Assembly: GCA_038883135.1 (NCBI GenBank)
Contig: JAVZMU010000002.1
Location: forward strand, 1 to 56,137
Origin: Nitrososphaerales archaeon
Lineage (GTDB): Archaea > Thermoproteota > Nitrososphaeria > Nitrososphaerales > JACAEJ01
Direction of reading: 5' to 3'
Length of the DNA: 56,137 nucleotides
This document shows positions 38,221 to 46,867 of the stretch, in pieces (positions within the stretch are counted from its first letter, which is position 1; each line of letters opens with the position of its first letter). The notes under the pieces were generated by a model. It ran no database searches, was not told the DNA's origin, and saw only the letters and a list, made by a program, of their open reading frames with translations. The translations under genes and the position numbers were made by a program.

Positions 38221-38673
38221 TCACCTTTTAGGCTTCTCTTTTTTACCTAAAACGAGCATATTTAAAGAGACTCCATTCACCATAGACACTTTCCATCTCA
38301 CTCCAGGTATATCTCCCATAGACCTTCCCATAGAACCTCCTATACCCTCAACTATAACTTCATCATGCTCATCCACATAGTTTAGTGCACCATCTCCAGG
38401 AAGGAAAGCTGTTATCTGCTTACCATTCTTTACCAATTGAACACGAACACACTTTCTTATAGCAGAGTTAGGTTGTTTAGATTCAATTCCAACCTTCTCT
38501 AAGACTATTGCTCTAGCTTGTGGAGCTCCTTCAAGAGGGTCTGCCTTCTTATCAAGCATTAATAGCCTACGCTTATAATATTTATCAGACCATCTTAACT
38601 TCTGCCTTTTCTTCCTCAGTTTTCTTCCAGCGTTCTCCCCTCTAGGAGATTTTGATTTAGACAATATAACCAC
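38221..38673 (-). CDS. rps12: Ribosomal protein uS12
   Basis: [30 protein letters not shown] is the hallmark S12 block. Confidence 0.95.
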   Translation of the reverse strand: MVILSKSKSPRGENAGRKLRKKRQKLRWSDKYYKRRLLMLDKKADPLEGAPQARAIVLEKVGIESKQPNSAIRKCVRVQLVKNGKQITAFLPGDGALNYVDEHDEVIVEGIGGSMGRSMGDIPGVRWKVSMVNGVSLNMLVLGKKEKPKR

Positions 38674-38952
38674 CAGACTTTACTATCCTATATAAAAGAT
38701 TTTAAGACATTCTTTTCAACTTTACGCTTTATGTTTAATTGATTGAAAAGGAATTTATGGAATGAAGGAGGAAAGTTTAACAATGCTATCTCATTAAAGG
38801 GATATGTTGAGATTGAATGTACTAAGATAAGCAAAACGTCTATAATTAATTAGAATTGAGGCTTACAAACAATATCAGCATGCGAATTGAAAATTAAAGA
38901 TAAAGCAAAGAGCTAACTCGTAATAATAAAGTTAAGATATTTTGCAAAGGAT

Positions 38953-39228
38953 TTAATACAGGCGGCGCTCGTCTTTCGCTCTTACCTTTACGAGACCGAA
39001 GTGAACAGCGCATGAGACACAATAATACTTTACAGTTTTTGGTGAGGCTATATAGGTTCCAGCAGCTCTTAACTCCTTTGCTAACGAGGGTTCTACTAGG
39101 CTAACTCTTGAAGTAAACTTTTTAGCTTTATCTCTAGGTATCAATGTACCGCAGTTACTACAATGGATATAATCTGATCTTCCTTTACCACCCTTTGCTC
39201 TTCCTCTACTCTTTCTTTTCTTAGCCAA
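38953..39228 (-). CDS. rps26e: Ribosomal protein eS26
   Basis: MAKKRKSRGRAKGGKGRSDYIHCSNCGTLIPRDKAKKF...YCVSCAVH. Confidence 0.9.
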   Translation of the reverse strand: MAKKRKSRGRAKGGKGRSDYIHCSNCGTLIPRDKAKKFTSRVSLVEPSLAKELRAAGTYIASPKTVKYYCVSCAVHFGLVKVRAKDERRLY

Positions 39229-39286
39229 CTTTTCCTCAAAATTATTATTCCTTATTACTTTTAAAATTTGTGATTCTTAATCTATT

Positions 39287-39985
39287 TTATATCTTCAATT
39301 GCTTTTCAAACTCATAAACAATTCTAGCTATTACTAAATGAGCTTCAAGAGATAATTCATGACAGGAATAGAGCTTATCAAATTCCAATGCTATACTTTT
39401 AGAGAAATGCCCTCTTGGAAAACCTCCAACAACAAAAGCAGGTCTATCATATTTTACTAATTCTTTTGCAACTCCTTCAAAATCATTCTTTTCTCCTAAC
39501 CTTGATAGACCTATAATAATAGATGGCTTAATATCAGAGATAAGTTCTTTAAAGGATTGATTTTTTATCTCAAGTAAGGTTTTATTATTTGGCGATACAA
39601 TCTTCCTTTCTTTGAATAACTTTTCCATTAATCCTTCGAATCTAAAGTAAGACTTTGGTAATCTAACTGACTCTTTTATTTCTATTATCTCATCATTTAT
39701 ATTATGAACATAAATTTTCATAAAGCCTTTTAAATAAAGTGGAGAAGAAGTTGCCTCAAGAAGGGAAAAATGAACAATATCGGGTCTTCCTCTTTTATCA
39801 GCATTCTTTAGCTTCAGTATAGCTGAATGATGGTAACTTCTATCAAGTAGTATTTCACTAACTTTCTTTCCTTTTAAAGATGCATACTTTATAACTGATG
39901 GATGCTTCCAAATTTCATGTGGAACCAACTCTAAAGCAGATTCAGCAAGAATCATTATTAATGATTTTTTAATTTGCAAAGTCAT
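39287..39985 (-). CDS. nep1: rRNA pseudouridine N1-methyltransferase Nep1/Emg1
   Basis: LILAESALELVP and RGRPDIVHFSLLEATSSPL motifs of the SPOUT-class Nep1 family. Confidence 0.88.
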   Translation of the reverse strand: MTLQIKKSLIMILAESALELVPHEIWKHPSVIKYASLKGKKVSEILLDRSYHHSAILKLKNADKRGRPDIVHFSLLEATSSPLYLKGFMKIYVHNINDEIIEIKESVRLPKSYFRFEGLMEKLFKERKIVSPNNKTLLEIKNQSFKELISDIKPSIIIGLSRLGEKNDFEGVAKELVKYDRPAFVVGGFPRGHFSKSIALEFDKLYSCHELSLEAHLVIARIVYEFEKQLKI

Positions 39986-40013
39986 TTTTTTATCGAAGCC
40001 CTTTTTTAATATT

Positions 40014-40346
40014 TTGATTGATTTGCCCTCACGTGTAAAAGACCTTGCTATGCAAAGAATAGATATTTTATTGGAGAATGCTATTAGAAGTGCTAGAGAT
40101 AATATGAAATTAGCTCAAAGGCAAGCGTATATAGCTAAAAGGATATGCATGAAGTTCAACTTAAGGTTACCATATGAAAAAAGACAACTCTTCTGCAAAA
40201 GGTGTAAAAAGTTTATAGTCCCAGGTATAAACTCTCTTGTAAGATTTGGGAATAAGCCAAAATCAATAAGAATAAGATGCTTAGAATGTGGTCATGTTTA
40301 TAGAAAAATAATTGAACCTACGAAAAGAAATTCGATTAAAACCTAA
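40014..40346 (+). CDS. rnp4: RNase P protein component 4 (Rpp21/Rpr2)
   Basis: Helical N-terminus plus a Zn ribbon (FCKRCKKFIVPG....IRCLECGHVYR). TTG start. Confidence 0.88.
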   Translation: MIDLPSRVKDLAMQRIDILLENAIRSARDNMKLAQRQAYIAKRICMKFNLRLPYEKRQLFCKRCKKFIVPGINSLVRFGNKPKSIRIRCLECGHVYRKIIEPTKRNSIKT

Positions 40347-40417
40347 ATATATCTAATAAACAAGAATAAACTGCAAAAGGCTTAAAACTGATTGGAATAT
40401 TTGGTGTTGAGATAAAA

Positions 40418-40876
40418 ATGGTAACTGTTTATGATGTCCCTCAAGACTTGCTGATAAAGAGGTTAGCTGAAGAGCTGAGAAAAAAGTATCCTCAAGTATT
40501 ACCTCCAGCTTGGGCTATTTATGTAAAGACTGGTTCTCATGCAGAAAGACCTCCACAAGATAAGGATTGGTGGTATACTCGTTGCGCTTCATTACTGAGA
40601 AAGATTTATCTTCATGGTCCAATAGGGATTAGCGATTTGAGGTCAATGTATGGAGGAAGAAAGAGGGTTGGATATTCATTAGCCCATCATAGAGATTCAG
40701 GAGGTTCAGCTATAAGAAAGGCTATACAGCAATTAGAAGCATCAGGTCTTGTTACAAAACTTGATAAAAAGGGTCGAATTTTAACGAGTCAAGGTAGAGC
40801 ATTACTGGATAGATTAAGCACAGAAATCTTTGAAGAGCTTGTCAAGACAAATCCTTCTTTAGCTAAATACTCATAA
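40418..40876 (+). CDS. rps19e: Ribosomal protein eS19
   Basis: VTVYDVPQDLLIKRLAEELRK...PPAWAIYVKTGSHAERPP..DWWYTRCASLLRKIY. Confidence 0.93.
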   Translation: MVTVYDVPQDLLIKRLAEELRKKYPQVLPPAWAIYVKTGSHAERPPQDKDWWYTRCASLLRKIYLHGPIGISDLRSMYGGRKRVGYSLAHHRDSGGSAIRKAIQQLEASGLVTKLDKKGRILTSQGRALLDRLSTEIFEELVKTNPSLAKYS

Positions 40877-40885
40877 GGTGATAAG

Positions 40886-41167
40886 ATGGCTGAAGGTATT
40901 AGAAACCAAGATGAAGCTCGTATTGAAGAGACTAGGAAACAAATCATAAAGAATAGATTAATAAAAGTTCTGCTTACATCAGAAGCTCGTCAAAGGTTGA
41001 GCAATATTAAAATTGTAAAGCCAGAGCTAGCAGATATGGTAGAGGAGTATGTTATTCAACTTGCTTACTCTGGAAAGATTAAAGAACCCCTTACAGATGA
41101 AGAATTTAAGCAGCTATTAATAGCTATTCAAAAACCAAAGAAAGAGTTTAAGATAAGATGGGCTTAG
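40886..41167 (+). CDS. PDCD5/TFAR19-like double-stranded DNA-binding protein
   Basis: ARQRLSNIKIVKPELADMVEEYVIQLAYSGKI. Conserved position between eS19 and eL39. Confidence 0.8.
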   Translation: MAEGIRNQDEARIEETRKQIIKNRLIKVLLTSEARQRLSNIKIVKPELADMVEEYVIQLAYSGKIKEPLTDEEFKQLLIAIQKPKKEFKIRWA

Positions 41168-41175
41168 TGATATAA

Positions 41176-41331
41176 TTGGGTGCAATAAAACCTTCTGCTC
41201 TTAAGAAAAGATTGATTAAGAAGATGAAACAAAATTCTCCTGCTCCCGCTTGGGTAATCATAAAAACGAAGAGAAGGGTTAGAACGAATCCAAAAAGAAG
41301 GATGTGGAGAAGAAAGAAGCTTAAGGTGTGA
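41176..41331 (+). CDS. rpl39e: Ribosomal protein eL39
   Basis: Below the track cutoff. My translation from TTG at 41176 is [51 protein letters not shown]. Confidence 0.88.
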   Translation: MGAIKPSALKKRLIKKMKQNSPAPAWVIIKTKRRVRTNPKRRMWRRKKLKV

Positions 41332-41339
41332 TTATTTAA

Positions 41340-41612
41340 TTGAGCGAAAAGAAAGAAACTTTAGAAAGAATATACACGATTCCTTTAGGAAGAGCGATAT
41401 TAGCTCCTAAACAAAGAAGGGCTAAAAGAACGATAAACATTATAAAAGAATTTGCTATGAAGCACATGAAATCTTCTGAAATAAAACTATCATCAAAATT
41501 GAACGAAAAGATATGGGAAAAAGGAATAAGAAATTTTCCGAGAAGGATAATAGTAAAGATGGTAAAGAATGAAGAGGGAGTAGTTACGATCTCTCTTCCA
41601 ACAGAAGAGTAA
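41340..41612 (+). CDS. rpl31e: Ribosomal protein eL31
   Basis: ERIYTIPLGRA...RRAKRTINIIKEFAMKHMK...KLNEKIWEKGIRNFPRRI. TTG start. Confidence 0.92.
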   Translation: MSEKKETLERIYTIPLGRAILAPKQRRAKRTINIIKEFAMKHMKSSEIKLSSKLNEKIWEKGIRNFPRRIIVKMVKNEEGVVTISLPTEE

Positions 41613-41616
41613 AATT

Positions 41617-41853
41617 CTACTTTTGAAGTTTTACAATCGTCTTATACTCATCTTGTGTAAGCACTTGAACAACGTTTGTAGAATGGAATATATAAACTGG
41701 TAATCCCATTGCATCGAATTGTTCTGTCTTTATGACCTTTGATACTACAACTTTCACTCCCAGTATATTACCATCGTCAAGAGAGTAATAACTCCACTCT
41801 TCTATCAAGGGTTTGAACCCTATTGCCTTTCCTTTTGGGATCGTAGGTTGCAA
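41617..41853 (-). CDS. Hypothetical small protein (78 aa)
   Basis: TTG start 4 nt after GGTGG. I recognise no family. First gene of the inserted islet. Confidence 0.4.
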   Translation of the reverse strand: MQPTIPKGKAIGFKPLIEEWSYYSLDDGNILGVKVVVSKVIKTEQFDAMGLPVYIFHSTNVVQVLTQDEYKTIVKLQK

Positions 41854-41945
41854 ATAACCACCTAAAATCTTAAATCAAAAGTTATGTTTAAACTTTAATC
41901 TAGCTAAAAGCAGAGTTTATATTGGAATAAAGAGTAAATCAAATA

Positions 41946-42293
41946 GTGGTTAGCACAGGTATATACATTGAGGAAGCCATAAAATATAATAAGATCACAG
42001 GTCCAAAGAAGGATTGTAAATACTATCCTTGCCATTTTGATGGTCAAGACTGTACTTGGTGCTTCTGCCCCTTCTATCCCTGCCAAGATGGAATAACTGG
42101 TGGAAGCCTAAAAATTGGAGGGATAAGTGGCAAGCTTGTATGGGGTTGTGTAAAATGTCATTGGATACATAGACCTGAAGTCGCTTCATTTATTTTGAAG
42201 AATTTACAAAGAATTATGAAAAAAGGAAGATCGTTAACGAAAAGTCAGCTTCTCAAATTGAGAGAAGAAGCTTTGAAGATTTTTCCTCCTTAA
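41946..42293 (+). CDS. Cysteine-rich small domain (zf-like) protein
   Basis: CKYYPCHFDGQDCTWCFCPFYPCQDGITGG matches the archaeal cysteine-rich small domain pattern, followed by CVKCHWIH. Confidence 0.65.
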   Translation: MVSTGIYIEEAIKYNKITGPKKDCKYYPCHFDGQDCTWCFCPFYPCQDGITGGSLKIGGISGKLVWGCVKCHWIHRPEVASFILKNLQRIMKKGRSLTKSQLLKLREEALKIFPP

Positions 42294-42315
42294 ATTTATC
42301 ATTTTAACTAAATTC

Positions 42316-43758
42316 TTACCTTGTATACAATGACCAAATTGTTATTATTGAGAATGCTAAAAGATTGAGTCCTAAAAAGTATGATGAATCAAGAAATGCT
42401 ATTATGCTTAAAGCTCCCAATATTAAAGCGATTAAGAGCTCTAAGAAAGAGATTTTACTAATGAAAATTCTATACCTTCCTTTCCATTGTCCTTCTTTAC
42501 CTTTTAAACCATATTTTGGAGTTCTGAAAAATTCATGTTTAAGTCCAAATATCCCCTTTATGCAACCTATCGAAATCGATATAGCCATGCTAAGTTGATA
42601 GTAATACATTAAAACTATTGTTAAAAGATTCTTTTTAATATTTTGATTATATAATTTTAGCACATATAACGGTATAAAAAATATTATCATTGCTGGAACC
42701 ATGACTAAAACGATATATGTAGGATTTTGAAATAAACTAGACATAACTTGGAATTTAAATAATAAACCCAATGCTCCAAACAATGTAGTCATAATCCATC
42801 CCATACTAGCAAAAGGCCAAATTAATAGGAGAATAAACTCTATCTTTGATATAATGCTAATTCTGCTACACAAAATTCTTAAGAAATATTTCCTTAGGCA
42901 TTGACTAATACCCTCAGCATTACGAGCAGTCTGTCTTTTCCATGATTCAAGAATTGGTGGATCTTCACCTGGAACGATTATATCTTTAATGAAAAGACCA
43001 TTTTTACCTTTTAAAAAGAATTTACATGATATATCCATATCATCGGTTAAAACATCTAGTGACCATCCTCCTATTTGCTCTAAGTAATCCTTACGAATTA
43101 AAGAACACGCACCACTAAGGCAAAAAGGTAAGTTCAAAACGTTCCTTGCAGCCCTTTCTAGTGTTTCATACATATCTACTAATAATGCACAAGCCTTAGA
43201 TACCCAGCTATAATCTCTATCAACATGACCTATTTTAAATGATATGAATGCATACCCTCCTTCCATAAGGGGAATAGATTTTCTCAAAATATCTTTTGGA
43301 GGGATAGAATCAGCATCCATTATAAGAATGTAATCACCTTTAGCAAAATTTAGTGCATTGTTTAAGGCACCTGCTTTGAAACCATCTCTTCTCTCTCTAT
43401 GGATGATTTGAATATCGTATCCTTCGGTTAATAACTTGCTCACTTTATTCTTAGCAATCTGGAAAGTTCCATCTGTTGAATCATCAGCTACTATTATTTG
43501 CAATTTATCCTTTGGGTAATCTATCGATTTTACAGAATCTATTCCACGCTCTATTACATAAAGCTCATTGAAAGAAGATATGATTACTGTAACCTTTGGT
43601 GGATTTATTAATCCTTTTGAACTCTCCATTATTTTCTTGATCTTTTCATTGTACTTTATTGATGCTGTTATAAGAATGAGGTAATTGTAAGAAATAGCTA
43701 AAAGAGGTAAACTTGCAAAGATAAGAATGAATAGAAACAATGTGTCAAGGTTTATCAT
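42316..43758 (-). CDS. Membrane-integrated family 2 glycosyltransferase (processive synthase-like topology)
   Basis: N-terminal TM helix, GT-A core (VIISSFNE, IIVADDSTDGT, ILIMDADSIPP, TDDMDIS), a degenerate QxxRW region (KRQTARNAEG) and C-terminal TM bundles. Confidence 0.8.
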   Translation of the reverse strand: MINLDTLFLFILIFASLPLLAISYNYLILITASIKYNEKIKKIMESSKGLINPPKVTVIISSFNELYVIERGIDSVKSIDYPKDKLQIIVADDSTDGTFQIAKNKVSKLLTEGYDIQIIHRERRDGFKAGALNNALNFAKGDYILIMDADSIPPKDILRKSIPLMEGGYAFISFKIGHVDRDYSWVSKACALLVDMYETLERAARNVLNLPFCLSGACSLIRKDYLEQIGGWSLDVLTDDMDISCKFFLKGKNGLFIKDIIVPGEDPPILESWKRQTARNAEGISQCLRKYFLRILCSRISIISKIEFILLLIWPFASMGWIMTTLFGALGLLFKFQVMSSLFQNPTYIVLVMVPAMIIFFIPLYVLKLYNQNIKKNLLTIVLMYYYQLSMAISISIGCIKGIFGLKHEFFRTPKYGLKGKEGQWKGRYRIFISKISFLELLIALILGALSIIAFLDSSYFLGLNLLAFSIITIWSLYTR

Positions 43759-43797
43759 TTAGTCCTCATTACGTTGAAGGTAATAATGCTAATTAAA

Positions 43798-44665
43798 TTA
43801 TTGGTCAATAATTTTGTGTAATTCTTTACAACGTTTCTCTACAAGATCGTAAAGTTCTTTCCTAAGGTCTTCACCTTTAAACTTCTTCTCTTCAACTTTC
43901 TTTATAGAGTTTGCTAACTCTATATCCCTAAGGAATTTTATCCAATTTTCAAAATCTTTTCTATTTATATTATATGGAATAGATTTAATACTTATTACAT
44001 TGAGTAACATTGAGTAAATTACAGAATTCATCAAGAGAAAAAGCTACTTGACCTATAAAATCTCCTATTCCCTTAAAGAAGTAGAAAGCTTTGTCTGATG
44101 GTAATCTCTCAAGAATTCTTTTAGCAATTTCCTTATCGATAATTTTCGGTTCACTAACAATCTGATGGGTTTCTTCAAGATGCTTAATAAACCCTTTTAC
44201 AACTGATTTAGGTTCAACTTTAATTTTTGACCAAACCCTTGATTCATTAAAAACATTAGCAAAGTCACCTATCTCACATCTAGCACCTATATTGAATTGC
44301 TACCGATTCTTACATTATTTACAATATTAGATCAATATCTGTTATATTATCGCCTTGGATTAAAGCAAAGATATCATCTAAATAATTTGCCACATTTTTA
44401 CTGAACCAGCAGTACCCAAAGGTGAATATTCATCGGAATAGATCAATTTTAAATCAAGCTCTGGATAACTCTTAAAATAATCTATGATCTTATTCTTCAA
44501 GTAATTTGTAGTGATGATTATTTCATCATAGCCATAACTTAACAAATACTCTACTATATGATGAATGGCAGGTTTATCACCTAAAAATAACATAGGCTTT
44601 GGTCTTGTGAGAGTTAGCGGCCAAAGTCTTGTTCCATATCCTCCAGCAAGTATTACTGCTTTCAC
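43798..44665 (-). pseudogene. Decayed sugar-phosphate nucleotidyltransferase gene (frameshift, internal deletion and 10-bp tandem duplication)
   Basis: The N-terminus MKAVILAGGYGTRLWPLT...PLGTAGSV stops after an A5 run. The next frame continues VANYLDDIFALIQGDNITDIDL, then jumps to the hexapeptide-repeat tail IGARCEIGDFANV... The C-terminal domain frame is broken by a duplicated 10-mer. Confidence 0.8.
43997..44017. repeat. 10-bp tandem duplication (ACATTGAGTA x2) that frameshifts the pseudogene
   Basis: acattgagta|acattgagta|a on the + strand. Removing one copy fuses ...AFSLDEFCNLLN to VISIKSIPYNINRKDF... in one frame. Confidence 0.85.
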
Positions 44666-44780
44666 GTAAAGATAATTATTGCTTTTTTACATAATAAATT
44701 TTGTGAGAAAATTTTTAGTTTTAAGAAAACATATAAATGCTAATTTACGCATGAGTAAAATGAGCGGGGGCTGTTAACGA

Positions 44781-45446
44781 CTGGCGATTCATCTTTTAGA
44801 TGTTTACAGAAGTCCAAATATTGGTATGTTCATGAAGTGTAATGATAAGTTTCTTTTAATACCAAAGGGATTAGCAAGCACTAAAGCTTCTAAGCTATCC
44901 TCTTTTCTAGGTGTAGAACCTATTAGAGTATCTATAAGTGGCTTAAGGTTGATAGGACCTCTCGTTGCCATGAATAATAAAGGGATAATCGTCTCCAGAC
45001 TTACAGAGGATGAAGAGATAAGAGAGATAAAAAAAGAGACAGGCTTACCTGTAGAGAGATTACCAACTAAATACACATCTGTAGGGAATTTAATTGTTGT
45101 AAACGATTATGGAGCTATAGCCTCAGAAATTTTACCACATCAAGTGATTAAAATTTTTACTGATGTTTTTGATGTTCAAGTTGAAACTATGAGTATAGCA
45201 TCTTATTATCAAATAGGTGCTATGGCTGTAGCAACAAACTCAGGTGCAGTAGTTCATCCAAGAGCTTCAGAAGATGAAGTTAAAAAAATTCGTGAGATCT
45301 TTAAAGTTGATGTAGAACCATCAACAGTTAACAGTGGTGTGCCATATGTTGCCTCAGGTCTAATAGCAAATTCTAAGAATGCTGTTGTAGGAAGCCTTAC
45401 TAATGGCTCAGAACTTTTGATACTTAGTAGAGCTCTTAAAGTCTAA
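44781..45446 (+). CDS. eif6: Translation initiation factor 6 (aIF6)
   Basis: The track ORF starts at ATG 44826. The conserved aIF6 N-terminus (AIHLLDVYRSPNIG) is encoded in frame upstream, beginning at CTG 44781 with no canonical start. The 5' end is therefore uncertain. Confidence 0.85.
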   Translation: MAIHLLDVYRSPNIGMFMKCNDKFLLIPKGLASTKASKLSSFLGVEPIRVSISGLRLIGPLVAMNNKGIIVSRLTEDEEIREIKKETGLPVERLPTKYTSVGNLIVVNDYGAIASEILPHQVIKIFTDVFDVQVETMSIASYYQIGAMAVATNSGAVVHPRASEDEVKKIREIFKVDVEPSTVNSGVPYVASGLIANSKNAVVGSLTNGSELLILSRALKV

Positions 45447-45491
45447 TCTATATTCTTAAATTACAGCTAATATTTAATTTGTTAGATATAA

Positions 45492-45914
45492 TTGAGCGAG
45501 CAAGAAAGACTCCAATCATTGGTAGCAGAGTTAAGAATACTAGAAGCTTACTTTAATGAAATAAATGCTCGTGAATCCCTCTTAGCAAGAGCTATAATGG
45601 AAAGTAGAGCAGCTTTAGAAGCAATAAAAAGTTTCCCAAGTAATGAAATTTCTGATCTTTTAGTACCAATAGGAGGAGGTATTTTTATGGAAGCATCTGC
45701 GAAACCTCCTGAGAAACTCTTAGTTAGCATTGGAGCTAATGTTGTTGTAGAGAAGACAAAAGATAGTACCATAAGTTTCTTAGAGGATAGGATAAAAGAG
45801 CTTGAGAATGCTATATCGAAGCTTGAAGCACAAAAGGAAGAGCTTGCAAGAAGGATAGATTATAATAGAGTAGCTATAAGCACCATATTAGAAAAGCAAA
45901 GAAAGGCTCAATAA
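45492..45914 (+). CDS. pfdA: Prefoldin alpha subunit
   Basis: Coiled coil, beta hairpins (LVPIGGGIFMEA), coiled coil. TTG start. Conserved position before ftsY. Confidence 0.88.
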   Translation: MSEQERLQSLVAELRILEAYFNEINARESLLARAIMESRAALEAIKSFPSNEISDLLVPIGGGIFMEASAKPPEKLLVSIGANVVVEKTKDSTISFLEDRIKELENAISKLEAQKEELARRIDYNRVAISTILEKQRKAQ

Positions 45915-45955
45915 TCTTATACATAATATTTTTGTTAAACTTAAAGTGAAGAGAT

Positions 45956-46867
45956 ATGTTCGATAAACTTCGCTTAGCTATTAAGAATTTGAGCAAAGCT
46001 ATCACAGAAAGAACTTTAGATGAGAAAGAAGTTAGTAAATTAATTTGGGATTTCAAGATAGCCTTGATAGAGAGTGATGTAGCCTACGAGGTAGTTGAAG
46101 AGTTGACATCAAAACTGAAGAGTGAAATAATAGGTACTAAGATTCAACGCTCTATGAGTTCCTCAGATTATATTAAAGAGCGTTTGATAAATATGATCAA
46201 ATGTATCTTTTCAGGAGTTAAGCAGTTGAATGTTATTGAGATGATAAAAGAAAAGAGAGTCAAAGGTGAACCATTTATTATTCTATTTCTAGGTGTAAAT
46301 GGAACTGGAAAGACTACTACTATAGCAAAATTTGCCAATTTATTGAAAAAATCAGGATTTTCAGTAATTTTAGCATGTTCGGATACACATCGTGCTGGAG
46401 CTATAGAGCAACTTACAGAGCATGCAGATAGATTATCAGTAAAAGTTATATCTCAAAAGTATGGTGCAGATCCAGCAGCAGTTGCTCGTGATGCTGTATT
46501 ACATGCGAAATCAAAAAGGGTCGATGTTGTCCTTATAGATACTGCAGGTAGAATGCAGACAAGTAAAAATTTAATGGAAGAAATGGCTAAGATAACAAGA
46601 GTTGTCAATCCTGACTTAAAGATATTTGTTGGTGATGCGCTAGCCGGTAATGATGCTGTATCTCAAGCAAAAGAATTTCAGGAATTTACTAATTTCGATG
46701 CTGCGATATTAACTAAGGTTGATGCTGATGTGAAAGGAGGAGCTGCTTTATCTATTGTCTATGCAACAGGAAAGCCGATAATTTATCTTGGTACTGGTCA
46801 AAGTTATGACGATCTAACTCAATTCAATGTTGATTCTTTCATATCATCCTTATTTGAAGAGAAGTGA
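45956..46867 (+). CDS. ftsY: Signal recognition particle receptor FtsY
   Basis: NG domain with ILFLGVNGTGKTTTIAKFA, DTAGR and TKVDAD..GGAALS. Confidence 0.93.
   Translation: MFDKLRLAIKNLSKAITERTLDEKEVSKLIWDFKIALIESDVAYEVVEELTSKLKSEIIGTKIQRSMSSSDYIKERLINMIKCIFSGVKQLNVIEMIKEKRVKGEPFIILFLGVNGTGKTTTIAKFANLLKKSGFSVILACSDTHRAGAIEQLTEHADRLSVKVISQKYGADPAAVARDAVLHAKSKRVDVVLIDTAGRMQTSKNLMEEMAKITRVVNPDLKIFVGDALAGNDAVSQAKEFQEFTNFDAAILTKVDADVKGGAALSIVYATGKPIIYLGTGQSYDDLTQFNVDSFISSLFEEK

Noticed and set aside
37958-38380. 140-aa + strand ORF
   Set aside because: It is antisense across the rps7/rps12 junction, and both of those genes are unambiguous.
41607-44761. 9-bp direct repeat GAGTAAAAT at both edges of the glycosylation islet (41607-41615 and 44753-44761), considered as a target-site duplication
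   Set aside because: A single 9-mer match in AT-rich flanks is within chance expectation. No integrase, transposase or inverted repeats are associated with it.
44804-45076. 90-aa minus-strand ORF
   Set aside because: It is antisense to the aIF6 gene.
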